A stretch of 64,000 nucleotides of DNA from Octopus sinensis (taxonomy: Eukaryota): positions 169,756,001 to 169,820,000 of the forward strand of contig NC_042999.1 of assembly GCF_006345805.1 (NCBI RefSeq). Reading direction: 5' to 3'. The position numbers and the translations under genes are program-made. Shown here in pieces: positions 40,490 to 55,261 of the stretch (positions are counted from its first letter, which is position 1; every line of letters starts with the position of its first letter). The notes under the pieces were generated by a model, which was not told where the DNA came from, made no database searches, and saw nothing but the letters and a program-made list of their open reading frames with translations.

Positions 40490-41689
40490 TACTCTCAGTG
40501 GCTGGGTGTTAAACTTAATATTAACACCCGGCCACCAAATTAAAACAAAAAAACAAGTCTAATAGGGGTAAAAAAATGTGTATTAAACGAATATGAAAAC
40601 CAAAATTTGCGACAATAAACCGGTTACTCGGCAGAGGAAAAGATCATCACGGGCCCGGATGAAGAGTTGCAGCCTCCAATAGAAATGCTTGCAGTTGTTT
40701 GGCAGCAGGTTTAACAGCTTGAAGGAATTGGAAGTTTTCACTGTGACCTGGAAGCGGTTGTAACCCAGGTTTCAGAGAGAACTGTATGCACCCCAAGAAT
40801 CACTGTAAATAGGGGAACCTTGATGGATGTGGTGAGTAATTTAAGGAATAATGGTAGCAGCATAATCTTTTCCTCTTGGCCACACTTTGAGGAAAGAGGG
40901 ATAAAAAATTTCTTCTTTGTTTTGCGTTCGATGCCACCGAAAAGTCAAATAGTCTTTAAAAGCCTTCTGTGCTGGTATTTTCTACAAAGAACAGTTTCGT
41001 CAGTTTCAACTGGCACACTAGTGCCACCAACTTGTTCTTGGTGATTTTCCATTTAAAATGGACACACCTCTGAACAGAAGGAGTACCAATCAATAGAGGT
41101 GGGAAGTGATGTTCAAATTCTCCATGATTGACTTATGAGACCAACTTTCCGTATATGACTGCGCCCCCCAAGAAGTGTTTTTAAATAGAGAAATGGAATA
41201 TCCGTACCCAGTTCCAGCCTGTCGGCGAACAGCCTTTTTGCAGCGGTACATGTTTATTCCATTGTGAAGGATGCAAGCTGAATGGCATGATGGGCAATGT
41301 ACAATGGTAGGAAGAACTCCGTGTTGGCGAAAAGACTCAAAAGTTGCAGTGTCATCCTCGTGAGAACGGAGAATACCACTGTAAAGGGTCGAATCACAGG
41401 AAGTACAAGAGACCATCCTGTTGTAATAGGTCTTGGAAGAGAAACACCTCAAAGGAGTGACGCTATTTGAGCCTGCCTCGTGGTTCAAGCAGCTGCAACA
41501 CCAGTGTTTAAAAAAAATAACAAAGAAAAAAAAAAAGCAAAGAGAAATTTTTATTTCTTGTTAGATGGAAGTTGGCAAAAAGATTTTTCGGTATTTTTGT
41601 ATAAATTAGTTATCTAAAATAAAAAAAATAATCTTTTTACTATCTGTGGCCGTGTGTTAATAACTTAATATTAACCCCAAAAGAGAGTA
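40490..41689 (-). mobile_element. Degenerate Merlin (IS1595/ISXO2-like) DNA transposon
   Basis: Minus-strand frames give a zinc-ribbon (CPSC...YRC), QVGGTSVPVETDETVLCRKY...LFGGIERKTKK and IYSDSWGAYSSL, which are ISXO2-type DDE motifs. Imperfect terminal inverted repeats share TACTCTC and TATTAACAC.CGGCCAC. Confidence 0.8.
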
Positions 41690-43809
41690 CGAGATGGTCA
41701 CAACTGACATGTCGTTGACCAGCAACCTGTTTGATCAAGATTGATCTGAGCTAGTAACAACAATTATCCAGAAGTTATTGAGGGAGCATCTACACGGTTG
41801 CTCAACCTGGTACAAAAAGGCAGCCAATCCTCTCTCACATAACGCCTCACCGGATTAAAAAGGACAACGGAAATGTATAATCCCAGATCTACAAAAAGGC
41901 AGCATGATTACATCTGGAATGGTTTGATTATAGGTTTCTGCTTAATCAAAACTGATGAGGGACCAAACCACAACAAAAGCACTGTTAACTAAAGTAATTT
42001 GGACCAATGAAAGGAGCATTTAGGTACTCGTTCAAACTGGTACAAATAGCAACCAATTCTTCTTCCTCAAAATCACATAATACTAACTTACGTGGATTAA
42101 TAGATAAAAAGCCTGGGTGGTTGCGTCTAGAGAGATTTTGATTAAAGGCCTTCTCGACAACATCAGCATTGGGTTAAATTGACAAAAAACCAAGCGGTGT
42201 TCAGGGGGTAACTAGTCAACGACTGTGATGACAACTTACAAATAATTAGGTTTAATTAAACAGTCGCGCCAAGAGGCTACAAATGAAATCATTATTGACT
42301 CGATTTTTGAATGCATTACAAACGTAATGTTAGCATGAAACAAATATGTTGGCACGAGTTCAATTCCTGATGCTCTCGAGTGAATACTAAGTACTCTCTT
42401 CAACACCTGACTGAACAGACAGTTGTCTCCAATAATAGATTCAAGCAGTTCTATGAATGGAAATAGTAAAACAACTCATTACATATATTTTACTGAATAC
42501 ATACAGTTTATTTAACTATACAAATTTGGCGAAGCATTCGTCTGTAGGAAAAAATTGTATGGATTAGAAATAGCTTTCAAACAGAATAATTTAGAGCCGA
42601 AAGTTAGAAAAAGCGACAGAAAATTTAGAACTCGTTTGAAAAAGCAAGGAAGTTAGGATAATGTGTTGAATCCGATTCCACAAAACCTATTATTATTTAT
42701 CGTTTTCTCACTATTCCATGAGTAATTTGTATAATTAAAAGTGTAACAGTCTGAACTAAAAGCAGGACATTTTCTTCAGACGCAAAAGAAATAAGACGCA
42801 ATGGAGGAAGTTACTAAAGAGAAAAAAAGCTTCTCGGATGTAACGTCTTCTTTTGACATTTAGATAAATCAGAAGGCTTGTACCACCGAAAGAAGACCAG
42901 TGTGAGAGGGTTTTTTTCTTCTCATTCTTAATTCTCTATTTATTTATTTATTCATTAAGTTTATTAGATCGACGCATCGGAAAATCTACCTGGACGGAAG
43001 GTTTTCCATCTCAGAGCGACTGGCAGCTTGGTTGATGAGAAACACTATTTCTACCGTTTCCTGTTATGCGTGGGAGTTACAACCTCGATTCATAAATATT
43101 TGTCTACAACCAAAGTTGGTTTATATTATTACATTCATAACTAACATAGTAATATCATATACATATAGATGTATGTATACACACACACATATATATATAT
43201 GTGTAATTACTTAATTACACCAGTAATTATAATAGGTTAACTTCGTCGTATACATCCCATTCACACATAAAGGTACAGACAAAAGCAGAGAGAGAGAGAG
43301 AAATCAATGCAGGCCTGAATGGATTCACTGACTAAAAGAGTCAACATATAAATAAATAACTGCTTCTTAAATTCAAGAAAGTTTCTCTTGAATGATCGAT
43401 GTCATTCATCGGTTGAGCCAAAATAAGCATAAAGATGGGAAGAGAGTCAAGTGTTCCGAACTTTCCCGTTGGCCAGGACATTGCGTTAACCTTCTGATCT
43501 TAACATGGAACATTCCTTCAGTTTTTCCAAAATTTTGCGTTCTTTGGATAATTGTTCCAACTAACGGAGATGTTCGGAATAATTAAATAATTCGTTATTA
43601 ATTTGTAAAAAGGAAAAGATTCCGATATTGGATATTCATTAAATATAATCATAACATTAACTGTACATATTTCGGATAATATGAAATGTAATAAGATAAC
43701 GGATAAATCTAGAACTTGAAAACTTTGCCATATTTTTTCCCAGTCAGTGACGGGAATATTAATTCAATAAAATTGAAAGTCATGGAACCAGCTATCTATC
43801 TATAAATGT

Positions 43810-46747
<2,938 letters not shown>

Positions 46748-46934
46748 ATGTTGATAAAAAGTATATTTAGGACCATTTCTCATGTCAGTGGTAGACAAAT
46801 AACTGGGACCAATACTCATAGCAGCATGTTTATTAAAACAAAATACATATTTATTTTATCAACAAAGATACCTAAATCGAATGTATATAACCAACTTCGC
46901 TATCTTTGTTCTGCTGAACACAAATGCACAACAG
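46748..46934 (+). CDS. Flavin reductase-like protein, exon 1 (putative mitochondrial targeting peptide)
   Basis: MLIKSIFRTISHVSGRQ...NQLRYLCSAEHKCTT+G has no acidic residue in the first 57 aa. Donor CAG|GTAAGA at 46935; phase 1 matches the next exon. Confidence 0.7.
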
Positions 46935-47568
46935 GTAAGATTTTAAAATCACTTTGGCGGACACGTCTAATTCATTGAACTCAACATTTCTTTTGTCCTT
47001 TACATATTTAAATTAATTTATGTGACCGAGTGAAATCAAATGAATCGTCTACAATCTTTGAATCTATAATTGTTATATTTTGAGATGATCGTTTAAAAGT
47101 TTCTTGGATTTGGCACTCAATTCTTCAATTTTGTGTTTGGCATCAACAAATCTTAAAAGTGCATCTAGTTCTAGTCATCGTTGTAGCATCTACGTAGTTG
47201 TTCGATTTCTTAGAAATTGCAGTCAAATCTCCCTCACTCATATCATGTAAAAAAAGAAAATAAATAAAAAGAATACTGCATTAGATAATGGGCAATATTG
47301 GAGATTAGCGTACCTTCATTACTGAACTCATTCCTCAAATGCAGATGTTAAAAAATGAATATTTTATACAGTGGACGTAAACAATTTATAGAAAGCATTA
47401 AAAAAAACCTATAACATAAATTTGGTAGGTAATTTACGGCATAGCCTAATTATGTAACACCAAATATACGCTTAAGAATTAAGAATGGCATAATTGAAAC
47501 GTTGTCTACTCGATCAGGGTTGATCTGAGACTAAATATTAAAAACAACGTTGGGGACAAGAACTTCAG

Positions 47569-49004
47569 GGTCGATATAAAGACCTTCACTAGGGAACAAA
47601 AAATAGTAAACCAGCCTGGTGGGTACAAACAAGTGTGTGGAAAACGAATATGAAAAAAGAAAATGCATGGGAGGGGACTTTCAGAAAATTCACAAAATCC
47701 GATTTTTCTGTCACAAATTCGGGTAAAATGGATATATATTGATTTTTTAAAACGGAATCCCACGTTTTTGGTTATGGAGGATCCGATTCTGAAAAAAAAA
47801 AAAAAATTCAAAAATCGCGAGTGGCTGTGTGGTAAGTAGCTTACTCATGGTTCTAGGTTCAGTCCCACTGCGTGGCACCTTGGGCAAGTGTCTTCTACTA
47901 TAGCCTCGGGCCGACCAAAGCCTTGTGAATGGATTTGGTAGACGGAAACTGAAAGAAGCCTGTCGTGTATATGTATATGTGTGTGTATATGTTTGTGTGT
48001 CTGTGTTTGTCCCCCCAACATCGTTTGACAACCGATGCTGGTGTGTTTACGTCCTGTAACTTAGCGGTTCGGCAAAAGTGACCGAAAGAAAAAGTACTAG
48101 GCTTTCAAAGAATAAGTTCTAGGGTCGATTTGTTCGAATAAAGGCAGTGCTCCTGCATGGCCGCAGTCAAATGACTGAAACGAGTAAAAGAGTATGTTAT
48201 CGCAGTTTTGTGAGATTTGGCTGTTATTTCTAGCATGTGGATAGCTTGAAGGCCTGAGGGTATATATATATATATATTTCTTGTTGAAAAATTGAAATTT
48301 TACTTACAAATTTATTTTCAGAATCGTAATCTTCGTACTTTTCTACGTATTTCGCAAAAAAAAAAAAATATTTTAAGTTTCAAAAAAAGAAAAAAACCAC
48401 TTTTATTTCACATGAATTACTTTGTCATATTCCTGCGGGAAATTATTCTGAAAGAAATCTTTGCAGAAAAGTGAATAGATTGATTGCATTATGTTATCAA
48501 AGTCTTGTGAGATTTGGCTGTTATTTCTAGCATGTGGATAGCCTGCTTGAAGGCCTGAGGGTATATATATATATATACCGGAGTAAACACATAAATGTGA
48601 AACATATATATATATATTGAAAAAATTGAAATTTTACAAACCAAATTTTTTTTTCAGAATCGTAATCTAATTTTTCTATGTATTTCACAAAAAAAAAAAA
48701 AAATTCCGGGTGGGGGTGGTTATTGAAATTTTGAAAATACGATTTTTTGAAAAAAATTTTTTCAGAATTGGATCCTCCATAACCAAAAACATGGGATTCC
48801 GTAAAAACAAAAATCAATATATATCCATTTTACCTGAAGTTATGACAGAAAAATCGGATCTTGTGAATTTTCCAAAAGTCCCCACCCCCCAGGGTCGTCA
48901 TTTTTTTTTTTCATTTTCGTTTTCCACACACTTGTTTGTACACCCCCTCCCAGCTGGTTTATTATTTTTTCTTTTGTTCCCAGGTGAAGGTCTTTACATT
49001 GACC
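47569..49004. mobile_element. Fold-back element with about 250-bp TIRs (MULE-like), containing a SINE and an internal duplication
   Basis: Arms about 47569-47817 and 48741-49004 are diverged reverse complements starting GGTC. Flanks GAACTTCAG / GAACTTCCT resemble a 9-bp TSD. Confidence 0.6.
47819..48194 (+). mobile_element. SINE family A nested in the fold-back element
   Basis: Full-length homolog directly after the left TIR arm. Confidence 0.9.
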
Positions 49005-49179
49005 GAACTTCCTAGTTACCTTGTCTACTTATGAGATCCACCTATCTCAACTTTTGAAATGGAAGTTATTATTTAACACCAGGTCAACCCTGGTAGAGCA
49101 AACCTATAATTAAAGGCATTCAAATTATGGTTTTAGACAATATTATCTCCAAGTACACAAGTACACGGTGGGCTGAATC

Positions 49180-49460
49180 ATCATCATCATCGTTTAACGT
49201 CCGCTTTCCATGCTAGCATGGGTTGGACGATTTTGACTGAGGGCTGGCGAACCAGATGGCTCCAATCTTGATCTGGCAGAGTTTCTACAGCTGGATGCCC
49301 TTCCTAATGCCAACCACTCCAAGAGTGTAGTGGGTGCTTTTTACGTGCCACTGGCATGGAGGCCAGTCAGGCGGCACTGGCAACAACTTTGCTCGAATCT
49401 TTTTACACGTGCCACCGGCACAGGTGCCAGTGAAGCAACATTTGTAACAATCATGCTCGA
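49180..49460 (-). mobile_element. SINE-like family B, 3' part
   Basis: Homologous 3' end. Confidence 0.85.
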
Positions 49461-49775
49461 ATACATCTAAAGCAAAATTTTTTCAGGGACCTTTAAAATA
49501 CTATTGTAGATTCCCAATTTACTAATTTGTTGCGTGGACCCCAAAATCTTATATGGACCCTCAGGGTTAATACAGACCCCGGTTGAGAAACACTGCTGTT
49601 GAAGATCTCTCGTTAGTAATATTAATCATCTTTTATAGATAACTGGCCTTCAAGGAAAAGTTGTTTGCTATTTGTTTTTATGTTAGTCTGACAGAATTGA
49701 AAGAACCTGAGGATCATCCAGCTGGAGTGACAGCTTGTGTTGGTTGACCGCATGTCATAGGATCACAACGGATCA

Positions 49776-50992
49776 AAACTCAACTCAAGGAACCTTGTGA
49801 CTGCCATCAACATAGGGGCTGTTGCTGTAGTCCGCTATAGTGCACCCATCCTGAAATGGACACAAGTGGAGATTAACCAACTTGATCGCACTACCTGGAA
49901 AGCAATGACAATGCATGGTGCCCTCCACCCTAAGGGGAATGTACACAGGCTCTATATAAAGAAGTGTAGAGGTAGACTTGGGCTGACTAGTGCACAGGAG
50001 TGCATCAACGTTGAAAGAAGGAAACAGCAAACAAGACCTGCTACAGTATGCTGCTAATGCAGAAGGATTTACCAAAAATGGACTTGAGACTGCTAATGAA
50101 TTCCGATCATGAACAACCAATGAGAAAGAAGAAACCTTATTCCGCATGGAATTACATGGTCAGTTCCACCGTGAAATTAACAGCTTAAAAGACCAGGAAG
50201 CATCATAGAGGTGGCTCAGCAAGGTAGACCTAAAAGAAGAAGACTGAAAGCCTAATCATTGCTGCCCAGGACCAGGCATTGAATACCAACTCAGTGAGAA
50301 GGGATACATATCACACAAGTGCAACGAACCTTTGCAGAATGTGTGGGAAGAGGGTCGAAAGCGTGACTCACTTTGTTAGTGCTTGTGAGAGTCTTGTGCA
50401 GAAAGAGTACAAGTGCAGACATGACAAGGTAGCCCAAAACCTTCACTGGCTACCATGCTGGAGGTATGGATACGAGGTAATAGGTGCTTGGTACCGACAT
50501 ACACTGGAAAAGGTAATGGACGTAAAGGGGAAGGCAAAAATCCTCAGGGACTTTGACTTCCAGACAAGGAGCACCGAAGGCCAGGTATAGTAACCTTTAG
50601 GGGGGACAAACAAGAGTGAGTGCCTAATCTGGCAGTGCCAGGAGATCAACATATCATTGTGAAAGAAAGAGAAAAGATTGATAAATATGGAGACCAGAGA
50701 ATTGAGATCGCCAAGATGAGGCAGCTACGAGAGTCAAATGTAAAGGTTGTCCCTATTGTCATTGGAGCATTGGGTTCAATACTACTCAACCTGAAGAAAG
50801 ATCTGGAAGCTTTAGAAATAGCCTACAATCTGGGTGTATTGCAAAAATCGGCTTTACTTGGAACTGTACACATATTGCATAAAGCACTGTCTGTCTGATG
50901 TCCTTGTTGTGACACAGTCCCAGCCCCTGGTAGACATAATATCTTCTATCAACATCATCACAATATTGGATACTGTGCAATGTCTTAAGTAG
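49776..50992 (+). mobile_element. 5'-truncated RLE-type non-LTR retrotransposon (R4/Dong-like)
   Basis: Frameshifted ORF pieces: AINI.AV.V.RY...HPK..V.RLY, CRMCGKRVESVTHFVSAC (CCHC), RHDKVA, KIDKY, VVPIVIGALG. The 3' end abuts (TAA)n at 50993-51010. Confidence 0.88.
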
Positions 50993-51362
50993 TAATAATA
51001 ATAATAATAATTTCAAAGTTTGGCACAAGGCCAGCAATTTTAGGGAGGAGTGTAAGTCAATTGCATCAACTAGTAATTATTTTATTGACCCCGAAAGGAT
51101 GAAGGGTAAAATCGACCGTGTTGGAATTTGAACTCAGAATCTGAAGACAGACAAAATACCACTAAATGAAAAAATTAATTTATTTACATAATTTCTCAGA
51201 ATTTCATATAATTTTTTTGAAAACTTTGTTCTAATGTCTTAATGGCTACCGTTAAAATTGTGTCACTTATGTATGATTCTGTTAATATAATTTTCTTCAG
51301 GAAAATGATAACTTCTCTTATTTTTATGAATGTTCCTAAAAATCTACATCTTGTGATTTCAG

Positions 51363-51449
51363 AAACAATTAAAACTTATACCACTGAGCTTGCAAATAAT
51401 GTGACACCAGACAGATATCGGTGTATGATGAGAAAGCTACCTCAAACTG
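51363..51449 (+). CDS. Flavin reductase-like protein, exon 2
   Basis: Acceptor GATTTCAG|, donor CTG|GTAAGA, phase 1-1. Encodes (E)TIKTYTTELANNVTPDRYRCMMRKLPQT, matching the family's FR..MR..P..V N-terminal motif. Confidence 0.82.
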
Positions 51450-51742
51450 GTAAGAATATTTTGTATATATAATCAGACTTGCAGAGTCTCTTACCTGATA
51501 TGTTTCAACATTTTGCTGGGTGAAAGTGAGTAATTCTAAAGAAATTTTACATATTTTTTCCAAAATGAATAAAATTTCAAAAGTCAAAAATAAAACCTAT
51601 TTCACTGTTTCAATTGAGTGGCCTAGTAGCAACTTGGTAACCTCACTAGTGCCAGAATCACAAAAAGAAGAAAAAATGAAAAAAGTAAAGCACCCAGTAC
51701 ACTCTATTAAGTGACTGGTATTAGAAAGAGTATCCAGTCAAA

Positions 51743-52045
51743 AGTGGAGGCACAAAAGTGGTTAGAGCAGCGGACTTGCGGTTGAGGGATCGCAGGTTCG
51801 AATCTCAGACTGGGCAATGTGTGTGTTTATGAGCGAAACACCTAAGCTCCACGCAGCTCCAGCAGAAGGTAATGGCGAACTTCTGCTGACTCTTTCACCA
51901 CAACTTTCTCTCACTCTTTCCTCCTGCATCTTGCAGCTCACCTGTGATGGACCGGTATCCCATTCAGGTGGGGAACCTTTACACCAAGGAAACTGCGAAA
52001 CCGGCTCTTATGAGCCAGGCATGGCTCAAGAAAGAACAAACAATC
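51743..52045 (+). mobile_element. tRNA-derived SINE family F
   Basis: GTGGAGGC...AGTGGTTAGAGCAGCGGACT head with GGTTCGAATC B box. Confidence 0.85.
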
Positions 52046-52229
52046 CAATCAAAAATATCATGTCAGAGCAGACGTTAGTGGTCAATGCATTCCTTTGACT
52101 TAAACAGATGTTTTGATCCTATCAAACCATCCAGCTGATGGTAGTATGGAAGACAGATGTTAAACAATGATGATGATGTTATATACAATATATATATATA
52201 TATACAACTGTAACCTACACCAGTGTCGC

Positions 52230-52640
52230 ATAACCAGCCCACTCAAAAGTACCTTGGATCGTAGGGTGACCTGTTGAGTCAAGTACATCAACATCAATAT
52301 CAAATGGAAATTGTAGTTGTGATCCCCATGTCGGTAGCACGTAATAAGCACCATCCAGACATGGCCAATGCCAGTGCCACTTTGACTGGCTTCTGTGCCG
52401 GTGGCTTGTAAAAACACCATCTGATCGGGGTCGATGCCAGCTCCTCCGGCCCCTGTGCCAGTGGCGCATAATAAGCACCCACTACACTCTCAGAGTGGTT
52501 GGCATTAGGAAGGGCATCCAGCTGTAGAAACTCTGCCAGATCAGATTGGATCCTTGTGCAGCCTCCTGGCTTCCCAGACCCCAGTCAAACCGTCCAACCC
52601 ATGCCAGCATGGAAAAACGGGTGTTAAACGATGATGATGA
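52230..52640 (+). mobile_element. SINE-like family B
   Basis: Colinear with 2275-2622. Confidence 0.85.
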
Positions 52641-52940
52641 TAATGTGTAGAAGAGTCAACTTATGTATTGAAAATGAAGGACAATACTTTCAACACCTTA
52701 TAAAGCTTTTTGAAGTCTTATAAAGTGTAATATATTATTCTGTAGTCTTATACCATCTCGTAAATATTTATTTTGCAACAAGATAGTTACTGTGGAGAGA
52801 CTTTTTGAACACTCTGTGTGTGTGTGTATATATATATGTACACACACACATATATATATATATATATAAGAAGCATATATCTATATCCATCTGTCTCTAT
52901 GTATGTATATATATATGTATATGTATGTATGTATGTATGT

Positions 52941-53158
52941 CTACTTCCGGTCTTTCAATATGTGACCTCGTGAGTACCGTTGGCGATTTTTTTCCTCTGT
53001 CTTCCCTTCTCTGGATCTTTCCTTTTATGTTTCCGATGAAGAGCTCCGCTCGAAACGTCAAACCCTCCTTCTTCCCTTCTTTCCTGAGCGTCCAATAATA
53101 CTTTATTTGTTCCACGTCCTCGTGTTGTGTTTTTTTTGTTTTCTTGTTTGGATTAACT
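52941..53158 (+). mobile_element. Short (TA)n-embedded element with hammerhead-like motif (Penelope-like derivative, copy 1)
   Basis: Flanked by simple repeats on both sides and clearly homologous to 62389-62580. Contains GTTT-CCGATGA-A-GAGC(TCC)GCTC-GAAA-CGTC-AAAC. Confidence 0.7.
53029..53063 (+). ncRNA. Minimal type I hammerhead ribozyme-like motif (U4C core variant)
   Basis: Stem I GTTT/AAAC, core CCGATGA, stem II GAGC/GCTC, GAAA, minimal stem III with GTC cleavage triplet. Confidence 0.55.
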
Positions 53159-53159
53159 T

Positions 53160-53229
<70 letters not shown>

Positions 53230-53234
53230 TATAT

Positions 53235-53431
53235 ACATAAAAATATTGTGTACATTAAGACACATCAAGAGGCTTCCAAATAGGAAAGCCTTGTGCCAAG
53301 GATTTCTTATTTGGAAGCCTCTTCATGTGTTTTAATGTACACAATATTTTTATGTGGATAATATTTAGTCTATTGACTATTTTTTTTGTGCTAGGCCACT
53401 GGTAATAAGAATTTCTATAATTCTTATTACC
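53235..53431. repeat. Palindrome (53235-53355) plus GGTAAT...ATTACC hairpin (53401-53431) between (TA)n tracts
   Basis: 59-bp arms with a few mismatches around CCTTG-TGC-CAAGG; second hairpin GGTAATAAGAAT/ATTCTTATTACC. Confidence 0.9.
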
Positions 53432-54937
53432 CTAATATTATTTATGTTTATATGTATATATATATATATATATATATGATGGATTCTTTCAGTTTATGTC
53501 TACTCTATCCTCTCAAACTGTTTAATAACATACAAATGATCATATTAGAATTATCTCCCTTGTTTGTTGTTTTTTTTTAAAGATTTTAAACTTCTTCTTG
53601 AGGTGATTTTGACTCCTGATTGCTAGGATGATCTCAGGTAATTGAAGTTTGTCAACTCACCTGCATTGCATATGTGACAAATCCTACTGGTTTACAGCTT
53701 GATAATTATTAAATTGTTTAGTCACTTAACATTCTAAGTACACATCTTGTCAAGGTTGACTTAGCCTATCCTGTCATTTTCGTGTGTTAGTGAAGAGAAG
53801 TACTAAAGTTAAGACTAATTAATTACCTGGTTAGGACTACTACTCAACAGTGTCAACCATCAAGATCAAAAGAAAACCAAACTCTCTGTTAAACTGTATA
53901 CTCTGGAACCAGTAAAGGATCCTCTCTGTGGTAACTCGATTTGCTAGAAATAACAGCTAAATCTCCCTCAAATTGCACTTTTACCATTTGAAGGCGATGA
54001 CAAAGACTCGAGATATCTGGTGCCTTGCTGTATTCAAGAAGACCCATCCCCCACAGCAGAAGTGTCAAGGCCACTCTCCCTGATGAAGAGGATCAGCCTG
54101 CAAGGGCCCTGTGCTGATGCAGTGTAAAAGGCATTTGTGCTGGCTCTGTGTATAAGCGCTCATGTGGGTGCCACATTAAAAGCACCCAGCACACACTGTA
54201 AAGTGGTTGGCATGGGGCAGGAGATCCAGCTGTAAAAACCAAGCCAAATCAGATTGGAACCCGGTGCAGCTCTTAAGCTTGCTAGTTCTGGTCAAACCTT
54301 CCAACCCATGCCAGCATGGAAAATGGATATTAAAGGACAATGAGGATGTTAAAGGATGATCTTGAAAAATTAAATGACTTGGACATTGTAGTCATAAATT
54401 TATGAAAAAATTGGATGGATTAGTCACAATTGCACTGTCTTTAATTATAGATCTGTAACAACGACAAAAACAGTAATACTCTCAGAAAGAACCGAGAGTT
54501 TGGTAGAAATCATCATCATCACAGTTTAATGTCTATTTCTATGCTGGCATGGGTTATTTGGTTTGACAGGAGCTAACAAACCATAGGACCGAACCAAACT
54601 CCTCTCAAAAACTGTTGCCCTCTGTCAAAATTTAAAACCATTATTGAAGGTGGCTGAATCATTAGCATGCCAGGCCAAATGCTTAGTTGCATTTTGTCCA
54701 GCTTTGCATTCTGAGTTCCCCCGAGGTCAACTTTGCCTTTCATCTTTTTTGTTTTTTAGGGTTGATAAAATAAGTACCAGTTGAGTACTGGGGTCCATGT
54801 AATTGACCTCCCCCTCCCCCAAACTTGTTGGCCATGTGCCAAAATTTGAAATCATTATTATTATTGTTATTATTATTATTATTATTAACTTTGTACTATG
54901 TCAAAAAAAAAAAGGATCACCTTTTTTTGTTTCTCAG

Positions 54938-55067
54938 TTGTCCTGATAACCACCGCAGTGTTCAAACCAGAAGCTGACCATTGGTTTAAGAGAGGTTTAA
55001 CCTGTAGTTCATTACTCAGTATTTCCCTTCACCCTCCTATTGTCTCATTCTGTTTACATAAACACAG
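54938..55067 (+). CDS. Flavin reductase-like protein, exon 3
   Basis: Acceptor TTTTGTTTCTCAG|, donor CAG|GTAAGT, phase 1-2. Encodes VLITTAVF...RGLTCSSLLSISLHPPIVSFCL, the hallmark G.T.SS..SVSL.PP.V motif of HpaC/RutF-type flavin reductases (PF01613-like). Confidence 0.9.
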
Positions 55068-55261
55068 GTAAGTGTCTTTCTTGCTTTTTTCTCTTCATAT
55101 CTTTTTTGTGCTCCCATCATTTTCTTTCCCCAACCAGTCTTGGAAGCCTTGCTAAAAAGTCATGGGGCTTCATGCTTTTCTTCCTTTAACTAACCCTTTA
55201 CAATTTTCTATTTTACATAGAAAAATGTGTGTGTGTGTGTGAGTGTATATATGTATATATA

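Noticed and set aside
53580-53637. Candidate extra exon of the flavin-reductase gene (AAAG|ATTT...CAG|GTAATT)
   Set aside because: In-frame TGA in the required phase; exons 2 and 3 already join in frame.
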